Positions 63,466-64,000 of a stretch of DNA of 64,000 nt are shown one piece after another. Source of the stretch: Podospora anserina (lineage: Eukaryota); NCBI GenBank assembly GCA_017654855.1, contig CM030336.1:434001-498000 (forward strand). Direction: 5' to 3'. The notes below the pieces were generated by a model. It was not told the origin of the DNA and made no database searches. It saw nothing but the letters and a program-made list of their open reading frames with translations. A program made the position numbers and the translations under genes. Each line of letters opens with the position of its first letter. The first letter of the stretch is position 1.

Positions 63466-64000
63466 GGGTTATGGTCGGGTTTTTTTTTTTGGTTTTTTTT
63501 CATATGTGTGTTTAGGGAAAAGAAGGGGGGAAATCGCGACTTGTTAGATTAAAGACCTCTGCTTCATGATGGGACAGTCTGTGCACACAGCTGGTTAGCA
63601 AAGTCATCAAGGTTGATGGAAAAGGGGGAAGGTGCGTTCGAGCTTTTCTTAATGAGTCTGTCTTGTTCCCCATCACACAACGCTTTTAACTGGATAAACA
63701 TACAAATCTACTGAGCTATTTGACCTGTCTTGTTAGAAGGTTACTGAATCTCATCATTCCTTTCCAGAGTTATGAAAAGACATGATGACAAGTCTTACAA
63801 AAGAAAGGCTGACCCCTTCATACAGAGACTGGGGTATATATATGTTTGTTGCTGACCGTGGTCTTGTCACACCTACACAACTCACAGTTATAAGAAGCCG
63901 TTAGTGAAAGCATAAGAAGATTGGGCACCCTGAAGATGGGAGTTCATTATACGGGGGTGGAAGGACTCCTCGTGGTAAGGAGTAAGGCATGATGAGCCGT

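Noticed and set aside
1-64000. CRISPR arrays, rRNA genes, intact transposases, Spok or NLR/HET genes
   Set aside because: None seen; sequence is fungal and no such motifs were found by eye

Overview
Eukaryotic DNA from a filamentous ascomycete (Sordariales-like, probably Podospora; inferred from short GT-AG introns with CTRAC branch points, gene content and C-rich-5'/G-rich-3' codon skew). 0.5-21 kb is an accessory zone: secreted proteins, an intact P450, pectate lyase, a germin/spherulin cupin, a PTH11-like membrane protein and a decaying secondary-metabolite cluster (UbiA-type prenyltransferase/terpene cyclase with two stops, wrecked P450, intact BBE-like FAD oxidoreductase, truncated DMATS) mixed with LTR-like relics. 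23-32.7 kb is one ~3180-aa DUF3638/DUF3645-type gene with SF2-helicase-like motifs. 33.9-54 kb is mostly housekeeping (aldose 1-epimerase, DUF3405-like, DIM1, thymidylate synthase, ccg-9, mitochondrial MnSOD, PSF3, tRNA-Arg). 56.4-61.8 kb is a divergent pair: an uncharacterised secreted protein and a bilirubin-oxidase-type multicopper oxidase. The last 2 kb hide a minus-strand array of ~15 micro-exons (several exactly 21 nt) that the ORF track misses, next to phased and palindromic motifs that may mark the end of a large mobile element. All calls come from reading motifs and splice signals by eye; no searches were run.
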